NCBI GenBank assembly: GCA_965240465.1
Contig: OZ251219.1
Location: 1,088,001 to 1,152,000, forward strand
Origin: a bacterium
GTDB lineage: Bacteria; SAR324; JACQKK01
DNA length: 64,000 nt
Direction: 5' to 3'
The notes under the pieces are model-generated. The model searched no databases. It was not told where the DNA came from and was given only the letters and a program-made list of their open reading frames with translations. Position 1 is the first letter of the stretch. Every line of letters begins with the position of its first letter. This document shows positions 18,612 through 27,992 of the stretch, one piece after another. The translations under genes were made by a program, and so were the position numbers.

Positions 18612-20960
18612 GTGTTTAAATCCGTGCTTAAGATTATTTGTTTTGTGAAGTGTCGTGTATATCACCTTACGGCTTTGATATGTTTTTCTGTGTTGCTTAA
18701 CGCTTGTGGGGGCGGGGGCGGCGTTTCTGAAGTTAATTTTGACAGAGATGGTGATGGAGTGCCCAACATTTATGATCTCTGCCCTGACTCACCGGGTTGG
18801 AAGACTGATCCTAATGCTGATACCAACCCTGACCGCGACGGCGACGGTTGCAGGAATGAGGAAGATGCTTTGCCCGACAATGGGCGTGAAAGTAAGGACA
18901 CAGACGAAGATGGAGTTGGTGATAATGCTGATGATTTCCCCATGGATCCAACTGAACAAGTGGACACTGATGAGGACGGAGTTGGTGATATGGCTGATCA
19001 ATGTGAAACAGGTGCCAAGAAATGGAGGAGCAATGGCTACACCGATCGCGACGGCGACGGCTGTAGAGATTATGACAAGAATGTCTACCAAGAAGTGATT
19101 GAAGATGTTTTTCCTGATGATCCTTCTGAGAACAAAGATTCTGATGGGGACGGAAAGGGAGATAATTCAGATGAATGTCCGGGTACCAACACAGACCCTG
19201 ATGAAGATGGTACCACAGACCTTGCTGATAAAAATGGTTGTAATGATAAAGATTATGCCATTAGGGATAAAGACTCTGACGGTGATGGCATGCCAGACAA
19301 ATCAGACGGTGATGACGACGGTGATGGAGTGGATGATGGCCCTGATGTAGATTCAGATGGAGATGGCTTGATTGAGATTTACAATGCGGAAATGTTGAAC
19401 AACATTCGCTACGATCTAAGGGGTACTAGCTACAAAACTAGTGAAACAGGCACAGCTGGTACCACTGGCTGTGGAGGATTAAATAGCATTAGTACCTGCA
19501 ATGGCTACGAGCTAGTCGCTGATATTGAACTGGCCCCAGTTGAGCAGGTTGGCAAGAGTGGTTGGCAACCCGTTGGGGTGTTCGTAGGTGTTTTTGAGGG
19601 AAATAACTTTACCATTAGCAACTTGGTTATCTCTCATAATGAAGAGCGTGTTGGTTTCTTTGCTACAGTGGGTACAGCAGGCGAAGTGAGAAATTTGAGA
19701 TTTAAGAGAGGCTATGTTGATGGAGGCAGTTATGTGGGTGCTTTAGCAGGCAGGGTTAGCGGAACCATTGACAATGTATCTGTTGACGGCATTTCAGTAG
19801 GTGGAACGACAGAAGTTGATTATGTGGGGGGTCTGGTGGGGTATAGTGAAAGTAGTAGTGTTATCAGAAACAGCCGGGTTTCCTGTTACAATTGTAGCGT
19901 CTTCCAGGCATCAATCTCGAGTTCTTACGGCAGTGACCATGTGGGTGGATTGGTGGGATACAACCTGGGTATTATAGAGGACAGCAATAATAATTGCCTT
20001 GAATGTGCCGTACATAGTGGCGAAGGTGATGACAATTTGGGGGGGCTGGTAGGATATAACTCGGGTGTCATTCGAGACAGCGAGTCTTATTGCTATTCAT
20101 GCACTTCATATTCCAAGCTTGTCGATATCGGAGGTGATAGCAATATAGGCGGATTGGTGGGACACAACATAGGTACTATTCAGAGCAGCTCCGCTGGGGG
20201 AAGAGTCAACGGAGTTGATGGTAATGACAATATGGGAGGGTTGGTAGGCTTGAACGGCGACGGCGGTAAAATTGAGAATAGCTATAGTGGTTTAGCTTAT
20301 GTCTATGGCGGTGGAAGAGATGCTTCTGGTGATAGGATTGGAGGCCTAGTGGGGATAAACTCCGGCGAAATATTAAACAGCTATTCCGTTCATGGTATAA
20401 AAGCTTCTGGCGGCAATGACGTTGTTGGAGGCCTAGTGGGACAAAACTGGTTTAGAGGAACTTATGGTACCATTAAATACAGCTATTCTACCGGCGATGT
20501 TGATGGTGGTAAATTGAACAGCAAAATAGACCCTTTCAGTGGGGATGAAGTTTGCACAGGTTCTTTTGCTAGACCTCAGATTGTGGGCGGACTGGTGGGA
20601 AGCAATAGCAATTCCTTTGGCTTTGTTGGTTCGACGGAGGGTACCATTATTGCCAGCTATTACAGTAACCAAGCCGCCGTTAGTGGCCTTGGAAAATGTG
20701 GAAAAAAGGGTAGTAGTGCTGGCACCGGAATCACCATAGGCCAACTGAAGGCCATTAATGCCGACAGTACCAAGGTGCATTTTGGTAATAATAAAAAATG
20801 GAGTGAAGATAACTGGGATTTTGGCTCCAATGCACAGTACCCATCCTTAAGATCGTGGCTACCCGATGATGAAAAAATCGATGATAAAAAAGGTAAAGTG
20901 ATTTGCGGGCAACCAGGAACTTTCCAACTACGACCCACCCGTGTGTTGTGTCCCAGTTAG
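18612..20960 (+). CDS. Surface lipoprotein with thrombospondin type-3-like Ca-binding repeats and GLUG-type beta-helix repeats
   Basis: Lipobox LLNAC-GGGG; repeated DxDGDGxxDxxD motifs; about 9 (V/I/L/M)GGLVGxN repeats; GTG start. Confidence 0.8.
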   Translation: MFKSVLKIICFVKCRVYHLTALICFSVLLNACGGGGGVSEVNFDRDGDGVPNIYDLCPDSPGWKTDPNADTNPDRDGDGCRNEEDALPDNGRESKDTDEDGVGDNADDFPMDPTEQVDTDEDGVGDMADQCETGAKKWRSNGYTDRDGDGCRDYDKNVYQEVIEDVFPDDPSENKDSDGDGKGDNSDECPGTNTDPDEDGTTDLADKNGCNDKDYAIRDKDSDGDGMPDKSDGDDDGDGVDDGPDVDSDGDGLIEIYNAEMLNNIRYDLRGTSYKTSETGTAGTTGCGGLNSISTCNGYELVADIELAPVEQVGKSGWQPVGVFVGVFEGNNFTISNLVISHNEERVGFFATVGTAGEVRNLRFKRGYVDGGSYVGALAGRVSGTIDNVSVDGISVGGTTEVDYVGGLVGYSESSSVIRNSRVSCYNCSVFQASISSSYGSDHVGGLVGYNLGIIEDSNNNCLECAVHSGEGDDNLGGLVGYNSGVIRDSESYCYSCTSYSKLVDIGGDSNIGGLVGHNIGTIQSSSAGGRVNGVDGNDNMGGLVGLNGDGGKIENSYSGLAYVYGGGRDASGDRIGGLVGINSGEILNSYSVHGIKASGGNDVVGGLVGQNWFRGTYGTIKYSYSTGDVDGGKLNSKIDPFSGDEVCTGSFARPQIVGGLVGSNSNSFGFVGSTEGTIIASYYSNQAAVSGLGKCGKKGSSAGTGITIGQLKAINADSTKVHFGNNKKWSEDNWDFGSNAQYPSLRSWLPDDEKIDDKKGKVICGQPGTFQLRPTRVLCPS

Positions 20961-21055
20961 TTGTCGTGCTAGACTGGTGAAGTGTTAACCTAGTGTTTTT
21001 ATGTGGTTGCAGTACATAAATCACGGTATTTTTTGTTTCTTTTGCGGGTAGGCTT

Positions 21056-21775
21056 ATGAAATATTTACCAAGATTGGTAGGGGTGTTATTGGTTGGTGGG
21101 TTGGTAGGCTGTTCTTCCTCAGGTGATAATAAGAGTAGTGCAAGTGCATGTGCGGGTGTTAAGGTAGCAAACGTGACCGGTGAGGCTACTTATACGGTGG
21201 AGTTTGTTTCCACTTGGAGTGCGGCTACTCATCCGGTTAACTTTCCAAGTGACCCTCATTTTTCGCCCTTGATTGGAGCCACTCACAAGGAAGGATTGGA
21301 TCTATTTAAGCTGGGTGAAATTGCTTCAGATGGAATAGAATTCATGGCTGAGACTGGCGGTAGAAGCAAGCTGGAAAGTGAGATTGCCTGCTTTAAGGTG
21401 GCTGGCAAAGTTGAGAATGTGATACTAGCTACAGGGGGTCGTACTGATGTTCCTGTAAAAAAATCAGTCACGTTTGAGATAAACAAGAGTCATTCTTATG
21501 TGTCCTTAGTCGCCATGCTAGCACCCAGCCCTGATTGGTTTGTGGGCATACATGATGAGAACCTATTGGACGCAAGTGGCGATTGGTTGACAGAGAAGGT
21601 ATTCCCCTTGCGTTTGTATGATGCTGGCACTGATGACGGTTTGACTTACAACTCAGCTAATGCTGAGACCCAACCCCGTGGGGTTATTACTAGATTGACC
21701 AGTGGTACCAACGACGCCAGCTTTGATGATGGCAATCCACCAGTGGGTACATTTACATTCAGATTACAACAGTAG
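21056..21775 (+). CDS. Spondin_N (F-spondin/mindin-like) domain lipoprotein
   Basis: Lipobox LVGC; ATYTVEF..WS..THP..FP..PHFSPLIGATH, MAETG, MLAPSPDWFVG, YDAGTD. Confidence 0.88.
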   Translation: MKYLPRLVGVLLVGGLVGCSSSGDNKSSASACAGVKVANVTGEATYTVEFVSTWSAATHPVNFPSDPHFSPLIGATHKEGLDLFKLGEIASDGIEFMAETGGRSKLESEIACFKVAGKVENVILATGGRTDVPVKKSVTFEINKSHSYVSLVAMLAPSPDWFVGIHDENLLDASGDWLTEKVFPLRLYDAGTDDGLTYNSANAETQPRGVITRLTSGTNDASFDDGNPPVGTFTFRLQQ

Positions 21776-21792
21776 CTGGGGATAGGGAAGGG

Positions 21793-23853
21793 TTGGTAGA
21801 CGAGAGGGGGGTAGGGAATTTTGGTAGGGTTGTCCATATGGCTTTGGGGCGGTTGTTGTCTGTGGTAGATGCCCGCAAGCGATTGTGGGCGAGTATTTGT
21901 TTGGACCCTGTGGGTGAGGAGTGGGTTTCTCTGGAGGTGGCATGGGGACGGGTGTTATCGTGCAATGTTGTCAGTGGGATGAACATCCCGGGCTTTGACA
22001 GGAGCAATGTAGATGGATATGCAGTGCGGGCGGAAGACGCCAGCGGATCTCTTAGTCAGCCGATTGAATTGCAGTTAACGGGCGAAGTTTTAGATTGTGG
22101 GGTGCAGCCTAAGAAAGAGGTCAGCGGTGGGTTAGCGACTGAGATTGCCACTGGGGGAATCTTGCCCAAAGGGGCAGATGCCGTAGTGATGCTGGAGTAC
22201 ACACGTTGCGAGCGAGGTTTGTTATTGGTGGAGCGTTCGGTTACTGCGGGCGAGGGATTTACTCATACGGGGAGCGATTTGGCGTGCGGAGAGACGGCGT
22301 TGGATCGTCAAGTGGTGGTGACGGCAAGGGAGACTGCAGTGTTGTCAGCCTTGGGGATGGATAAGGTGTTGGTGTATAAAAGGCCAAAGGTGGCTATTTT
22401 GTCAACGGGTAATGAGTTAAGTGTGCCGGGGAAGCCTTTGACGGCGGGGAGGGTTTATGATTCCAATGGCTATATGCTGGCTGATGCAGTTCGTGAGCAG
22501 GGCGGTGAACCAGTGTTCATGGGTATTTTTCCAGATGATGAAGCTCAGCTGGAAGCAGGTTTGCGACAAGCTTTGGCAGAGTGTGATTTGGTTCTACTTT
22601 CGGGTGGAAGTAGCAAGGGGAAGGAGGATATTAATCATCAGGTAGTTGCTAAGTTAAAGCCCGGCATTTTTGTGCATGGAGTTACCTTAAAACCGGGCAG
22701 ACCCTTGTGTCTAGCAGCAGCAGAACAGAAACTGGTGGCTATTTTGCCGGGTTTTCCGTCTTCGGCAGCTTTTACCTTTTATTTAATGATAGCCCCAGTA
22801 CTAAGAAAACTAACGGGCAGACTTCTCAAGTATCCAGAATTTGAGCCTGATGTTGACATTCCCATTGCTACTAACAGCAAGAAGGAAGCCTCTTCTTTGG
22901 GTGATGAACATTCCTCAGTGGCATACTCTACTTTTAACTCTGCAGAACGGGTGAGAGCTACCTTGCCTATGGGTATGAAATCGGCATCGGGACGCACCGA
23001 ATTTACGCTGGTATATCTGACTGAAGGTCGTAGTGGTTTGAATGCTTGGCCTTTGGATAAGGGTTCAGGCTCGGTGTCAGCATTTAGTCGTGCAGATGGG
23101 TTTATAGTGACACCCCAGCAGCAACAATGGCTTGAGGTCGGTAGCAATGTAGAGGTTCATTTGCTTAACAAGGAGCATGCCAGTGCCGACTTAGTGGTGA
23201 TTGGTAGTCACTGTTTGGTCTTGGATAAATTACTGGCATTATTCAGCGAGCAAGGCTGGGGAACAAGATACATTCCAATCGGTAGCGAGAAAGGATTGCA
23301 AGCGGCTCAGCGAGGTGAATGCGATTTGGCTGCCTACAACACGTTGCATGAGACATCGGAATCTTACAAGGCTCCCTTTCTTACCCCAGACCTACACTTA
23401 GTGAAAGCCTATCAACGACAACAATCTTTCATCTTTAGAAAAGATGACCCCCACTTTGTTAATAAAACCTTGTCACAAGCCTTACACACTGCCACTTCTA
23501 AGCCTGAAATCATCATGGTTAACCGAAACCGTAGCAGTACCACCAGAACTCTCATCAACAGCTTGATCGGGAAACAAAAACCCCGCGGTTTCTTACACGA
23601 GGCACAATCGCAACAAGCCGTGGTAGCTGCCATCTTGCAAGGTCGTGCCGATTGGGGTATAGCCACTACTGTTGCGACGGTATCCTTGCCTTTGGAGTCC
23701 ATCCCGATCACCGCAGATGATTTTAATCTAATCATCCCCAAAGACCGACTGACAAAACTGGCCGTGCAAGCATTTTTGGCATTGCTTCCCAAGCATCATC
23801 AAGATCTCGTAGAATTGAATGTCAAACCCTACTCAACTCCCAAGCCATCCTGA
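21793..23853 (+). CDS. moeA: Molybdopterin molybdenum(tungsten)-transferase MoeA fused to a C-terminal PBP-like domain
   Basis: PGFDRSNVDGYAV, IATGG.LP.GADAVVMLE, STGNEL, SGGSSKG.ED, LPGFP; C-terminal IGSHC, GS..GL.A..RGECDLA, MVNRN. Probable start is the ATG at 21838. Confidence 0.9.
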   Translation: MVDERGVGNFGRVVHMALGRLLSVVDARKRLWASICLDPVGEEWVSLEVAWGRVLSCNVVSGMNIPGFDRSNVDGYAVRAEDASGSLSQPIELQLTGEVLDCGVQPKKEVSGGLATEIATGGILPKGADAVVMLEYTRCERGLLLVERSVTAGEGFTHTGSDLACGETALDRQVVVTARETAVLSALGMDKVLVYKRPKVAILSTGNELSVPGKPLTAGRVYDSNGYMLADAVREQGGEPVFMGIFPDDEAQLEAGLRQALAECDLVLLSGGSSKGKEDINHQVVAKLKPGIFVHGVTLKPGRPLCLAAAEQKLVAILPGFPSSAAFTFYLMIAPVLRKLTGRLLKYPEFEPDVDIPIATNSKKEASSLGDEHSSVAYSTFNSAERVRATLPMGMKSASGRTEFTLVYLTEGRSGLNAWPLDKGSGSVSAFSRADGFIVTPQQQQWLEVGSNVEVHLLNKEHASADLVVIGSHCLVLDKLLALFSEQGWGTRYIPIGSEKGLQAAQRGECDLAAYNTLHETSESYKAPFLTPDLHLVKAYQRQQSFIFRKDDPHFVNKTLSQALHTATSKPEIIMVNRNRSSTTRTLINSLIGKQKPRGFLHEAQSQQAVVAAILQGRADWGIATTVATVSLPLESIPITADDFNLIIPKDRLTKLAVQAFLALLPKHHQDLVELNVKPYSTPKPS

Positions 23854-24709
23854 AACAGATTTATGCAAAAAAATGACTATTTTAGAAGCAACAATTTCCC
23901 AGTCCGCGATCAATAATCCCGCAGTATCCAAGCCAGTTACAACTTGGGCTGTTATTCCTGCTCGCAGTCAGTCAGTTAGATTTCCGGGCAAGCCGTTGGC
24001 GTCCATACTGGGTAAGCCAATGATAGAACATGTCTGGCAGCGTACTCAGGCATCCCCTGAGGTTAACAGAACCTTTATTGCTACTGATGATGAAGACATC
24101 GCCAAGGCGGCACGGGGATTTAAGGCTGAGGTGGTTATGACAGGCACTTGTGAAACTGGCGGAGAAAGGGTTGCTGAGGCAATACACATTTTGACATCCT
24201 CTCTGAAGTCTGGGCGTTCTCCTGATTGGGTACTTAATGTTCAAGGCGATGAGCCTACCATCAATCCTCAAGACCTCTCTACCCTAGTCAAGGGCATGAA
24301 CCAAGCCCGCAATCAATCTGCCAGACTAGGAACGCTTATTTACCCTATTACCGAACAGCAAGTTCTAGATAATCCCCACGTGGTAAAAGTTGTTATCAAC
24401 CAACAGCAGCAGGCACTCTATTTTTCTCGTGCTCCTATCCCACATGTACCAGCACATGCCCAATCTGAAACTGGAACCCAACTACAGTCTTGCTGGCAGC
24501 ATATCGGGGTTTATTGTTTCAAAACCTCTTTTTTGGAAACATTTGCTACTCTGCCAAACACTCCGCTTTCACAACAAGAACAATTAGAACAACTACGGGT
24601 GCTTGAACATGGGATCCCGATATTTTGCTTCCCCGCCCAAACACTATCAATTGGTGTAGATGCTCCTGCAGACATTGCCAAAGCCGAGAAAGCACTTTTA
24701 AGTAGTTAG
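23819..24709 (+). CDS. kdsB: 3-deoxy-manno-octulosonate cytidylyltransferase
   Basis: IPARSQSVRFPGKPL, NVQGDEP, ALYFSRAPIP, HIGVY, LEQLRVLE. Confidence 0.93.
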   Translation: MSNPTQLPSHPETDLCKKMTILEATISQSAINNPAVSKPVTTWAVIPARSQSVRFPGKPLASILGKPMIEHVWQRTQASPEVNRTFIATDDEDIAKAARGFKAEVVMTGTCETGGERVAEAIHILTSSLKSGRSPDWVLNVQGDEPTINPQDLSTLVKGMNQARNQSARLGTLIYPITEQQVLDNPHVVKVVINQQQQALYFSRAPIPHVPAHAQSETGTQLQSCWQHIGVYCFKTSFLETFATLPNTPLSQQEQLEQLRVLEHGIPIFCFPAQTLSIGVDAPADIAKAEKALLSS

Positions 24710-24741
24710 CCGTGTGTCGGGTGGCAGTGTCATGCGGTAGC

Positions 24742-25770
24742 TTAACTGCCTGCTACAAGGGGAAACCGTTTGTATTGAGCGACATGCTGAGAAAGGGTTT
24801 GTATCAGTTGTGCGATGTTTTCTCCTGAGAGTGCTGAAATGGCTAGGGTTTCAACATTGGTTAGTTGACGGAGATATTGGAGGCTTTTTTTAATTTGCTG
24901 AGGTAATATAAGGTCTATTTTAGTTAAGGCTACCAGTCGTGTTTTTTTGGCTAGGGAGGGATTGAATTGTTGGAGTTCTTGATTGAGGGTCAGCCAATTT
25001 TTCTTGAGTTGCCCTAGGGGAGCTTGTTCCAGCATAAATAGTAGGATGCCAGAGCGTTCTATGTGCTTGAGGAATTGTGTTCCCAGACCACTTCCCTGAT
25101 GTGCCCCTTGGATAATACCAGGGATATCTGCTACGACGAAGCTGTCAATTTGATCTGCATAGCTGGCTGGGACAACCCCCAAGTTAGGAATGAGAGTGGT
25201 AAAGGGGTAGTCGGCAATCTTGGGGCTAGCTCTAGATATGCGACTTATGAGGGTTGATTTACCTGCATTGGGCAAGCCGACCAATCCTATATCGGCTAGT
25301 AGTTTTAGCTCCAGACTAATATCTAAGGACTGCCCAGCTTGCCCAAGGCTCGCATGCATGGGAGTACGATTAACCGAAGTTTTCATGCGAGCATTTCCCT
25401 TGCCTCCTTCTCCGCCTTCCAAACACAATTGCGGGTTTTCATCTAGGATTTCCAGCAACAAGGTGCCTTCATCTGCCCGACGAATAATTGTTCCCAGAGG
25501 AGCTTCTAGTCGCAAAGATTTTCCTTTGGCCCCGTGTTTTTTTTTGCCCAGGCCGCGTTTGCCGTCTCCAGCCCGATAACGCTGGTGATTGTGAAAATCC
25601 AACAGGCTGTGTTTGGTCAGTACTCCTTGTATCCAGACACTTCCTCCTTGTCCGCCATCGCCACCATCGGGACCGCCCCTAGGAACAAATTTTTCCCGCC
25701 GAAAGGAAACACACCCATCACCTCCCTTGCCTGAGGTTATTTCAATGACTGTTTCATCTACAAAACGCAT
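24742..25770 (-). CDS. obgE: GTPase ObgE/CgtA
   Basis: FVDE..GKGGDGCVSFRREKFVPRGGPDGGDGG, GLPNAGKS, YPFTTL, DIPG, TKID. Confidence 0.97.
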   Translation of the reverse strand: MRFVDETVIEITSGKGGDGCVSFRREKFVPRGGPDGGDGGQGGSVWIQGVLTKHSLLDFHNHQRYRAGDGKRGLGKKKHGAKGKSLRLEAPLGTIIRRADEGTLLLEILDENPQLCLEGGEGGKGNARMKTSVNRTPMHASLGQAGQSLDISLELKLLADIGLVGLPNAGKSTLISRISRASPKIADYPFTTLIPNLGVVPASYADQIDSFVVADIPGIIQGAHQGSGLGTQFLKHIERSGILLFMLEQAPLGQLKKNWLTLNQELQQFNPSLAKKTRLVALTKIDLILPQQIKKSLQYLRQLTNVETLAISALSGENIAQLIQTLSQHVAQYKRFPLVAGS

Positions 25771-25897
25771 TTTTTACCAGTGGTTCTGTTGGAGTTTTTC
25801 ATTTATCAGCTGGCAAGCAAATTTATTAGCAGCTAACCTTACCTGATTATTTGCTGTGCTGCTCTGAGACGAATAATTCCACGCTAGTTTTTACATG

Positions 25898-25926
25898 TTG
25901 ACATATTACTTGGATGAACATACAAC
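25898..25926 (+). promoter_or_regulatory. Candidate sigma70 promoter of fabI-queF-dapB
   Basis: TTGACA-N17-TACAAC, 55 bp before the fabI ATG; the -10 element lacks its final T. Confidence 0.35.
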
Positions 25927-25981
25927 CTAAGATGGGGTATGCGAGGAAAAGGGCTGGTAACCGTGATAAAAATGGTAATTC

Positions 25982-26770
25982 ATGATTGATTTCAAGGGCA
26001 AGCGAGGATTGGTGTTGGGGATAGCCAATCAGCGTAGCATTGCTTATGCGGTAGCTAGAGGTTTGAGTGATAGCGGAGCGGATTTGGCATTGACGTACGC
26101 TCCGGATACTAAGGGTCGTTTTGAGAAGTTTGTGCGAGGTTTGCAGGATAAATTGACGGTTTCAGCGGTGTTACCCTTAGATGTTAGAGAGGACAAGCAG
26201 TGGGAGGATTTGTTTGGAGATTTAGATAAGGTTTGGTCTGAGGGTTTTGATTTTGTTTTGCATTCGGTTGCTTATGCAGAGCGTGATGATTTAGAGAAGG
26301 GTTTTTCAAGTACCTCGCGTGAGGGATGGATGATAGCCCAAGATGTGAGTGCGTATTCATTGTTGCCATTATCGCGATTGGCAACCGAAAGGATGAAGGG
26401 TCGTCAGGGGGGTGGATCGTTGGTGAGCATGTCTTTTATTGGGGCTCTACTGGCGGTTCCCAATTATAATGTGATGGGTCCAGCCAAAGCCGCTTTGGAA
26501 GCGGCTACCCGATATTTAGCACGTCAATATGGCACGGAGAACATCCGTTTTAATTGTGTTTCTGCTGGGGCTTTGCGGACGTTGTCATCAATGGGGGTGA
26601 ATAATTTTAGCGAGATGCTCCAAATTGCTGGTGACCATTCTGCTTTGGAGCGTAATATATTGGTAGGGGAGATAGCTAATGCTGCACTCTTTCTACTCAG
26701 CGATATTTCTTCTGGTGTTACAGGCCAAACTCTTTATGTGGACGGCGGCTTTAACGTAATGGCTAACTAA
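25982..26770 (+). CDS. fabI: Enoyl-ACP reductase (NADH)
   Basis: GIANQRSIAY, HSVAYA, SAYSL, YNVMGPAKAALE, TGQTLYVDGG. Confidence 0.95.
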   Translation: MIDFKGKRGLVLGIANQRSIAYAVARGLSDSGADLALTYAPDTKGRFEKFVRGLQDKLTVSAVLPLDVREDKQWEDLFGDLDKVWSEGFDFVLHSVAYAERDDLEKGFSSTSREGWMIAQDVSAYSLLPLSRLATERMKGRQGGGSLVSMSFIGALLAVPNYNVMGPAKAALEAATRYLARQYGTENIRFNCVSAGALRTLSSMGVNNFSEMLQIAGDHSALERNILVGEIANAALFLLSDISSGVTGQTLYVDGGFNVMAN

Positions 26771-26786
26771 AACGGGAAGTTCCCCC

Positions 26787-27224
26787 ATGGGAACGAGCAA
26801 ATCAGACCACCAACTACCAGCATTTGACAGCCCTGCAGTAATTCGTACTGACTGGTTGGAGACGTTTGAATATCAGGGGCCACGCCAAAAAATTCAGTAC
26901 TGCAGTAAGGAGTTCTCTGCGGTTTGCCCTTATTCTGGGCTACCAGATGTTGCCGAGCTAAGTATTCATTACATTCCCTCTAAGCTTGTGTTGGAATTAA
27001 AATCTCTCAAGTACTACCTTGTTTCCTTTCGTAATGTGGGAATATTCCAAGAGCCAGCCACTGCCAGAATTTATGAAGACATGTTTGCTCTGTTAAAGCC
27101 TCAACGGCTTTTGGTTAAAACCCGCTACAATACCAGAGGAGGTATTGATGCACTCTGTGAAATATGCTCTGAACAGCAAGCCAATCCATCCCCTGCCAGT
27201 GAGACCATAAGCCATGGCCGATAA
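26787..27224 (+). CDS. queF: PreQ1 synthase (7-cyano-7-deazaguanine reductase), short type
   Basis: EFSAVCPYSGLPD, ELKSLKYYL, RGGI. Confidence 0.92.
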   Translation: MGTSKSDHQLPAFDSPAVIRTDWLETFEYQGPRQKIQYCSKEFSAVCPYSGLPDVAELSIHYIPSKLVLELKSLKYYLVSFRNVGIFQEPATARIYEDMFALLKPQRLLVKTRYNTRGGIDALCEICSEQQANPSPASETISHGR

Positions 27225-27954
27225 TAAAATTAGCGTGTGGGTCAATGGAGCTAAGGGCAAAATGGGACGTCAAGTTACCCAAGCTGTGCAGGCTACCCCA
27301 GATCTCGTACTATCAGGGCAAAGCGATAAGGATGACAATCTCACCGAGTGTTTATCCCAAGCACAACCGGATGTTTGTGTTGATTTTACTCACCCTGAGG
27401 TAGTCTACAAAAATGCTAGTACCATCATTGCCGCGGGTGTAAGTCCGATCATCGGCACTACGGGGCTTAAAGAATCCGAGGTTAAAGCCTTAGCTGCTGA
27501 AACCCAGGACCAGCAAGGAGGCCTAATCGCCCCTAATTTTGCTATCGGGGCAATACTAATGATGCGTTTTGCTGCAGAAGCAGCTAAATTTTTTTCTTAT
27601 GCCGAAATTGTAGAGATCCATCATGATGGCAAAGCAGATGCCCCCTCGGGCACAGCTATTAGTACCGCAGCGGGTATTCAGAAAAACCGACCTAATCCTC
27701 CGAGCTTGAAAACCATTTCACAAGAGCTTTATCAAGGTGCTCTGGGTGCTAAGGTACATGGTACTACCATCCATGCCTTGCGTTTGCCCGGTTTTATTGC
27801 CAACCAAGAGGTTATCTTAAGCCAAGCGGGCGAGAATTTAAGGATATCACATCAAGTAATCCACCGAGAATGCTTCATGCCGGGGGTGATTCTTGCCTGC
27901 CGTAAGGTGCCGTCATTAACGAAGCTGCATTATGGTCTGGAGAGCATTATTTAG
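27214..27954 (+). CDS. dapB: 4-hydroxy-tetrahydrodipicolinate reductase
   Basis: GAKGKMG, DFT.P, IGTTG, APNFAIG, EIHHDGKADAPSGTA. Confidence 0.95.
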   Translation: MADNKISVWVNGAKGKMGRQVTQAVQATPDLVLSGQSDKDDNLTECLSQAQPDVCVDFTHPEVVYKNASTIIAAGVSPIIGTTGLKESEVKALAAETQDQQGGLIAPNFAIGAILMMRFAAEAAKFFSYAEIVEIHHDGKADAPSGTAISTAAGIQKNRPNPPSLKTISQELYQGALGAKVHGTTIHALRLPGFIANQEVILSQAGENLRISHQVIHRECFMPGVILACRKVPSLTKLHYGLESII

Positions 27955-27992
27955 CTTTGATAAGGTGATTGTTGTTGGGGGATTTGCCGATC

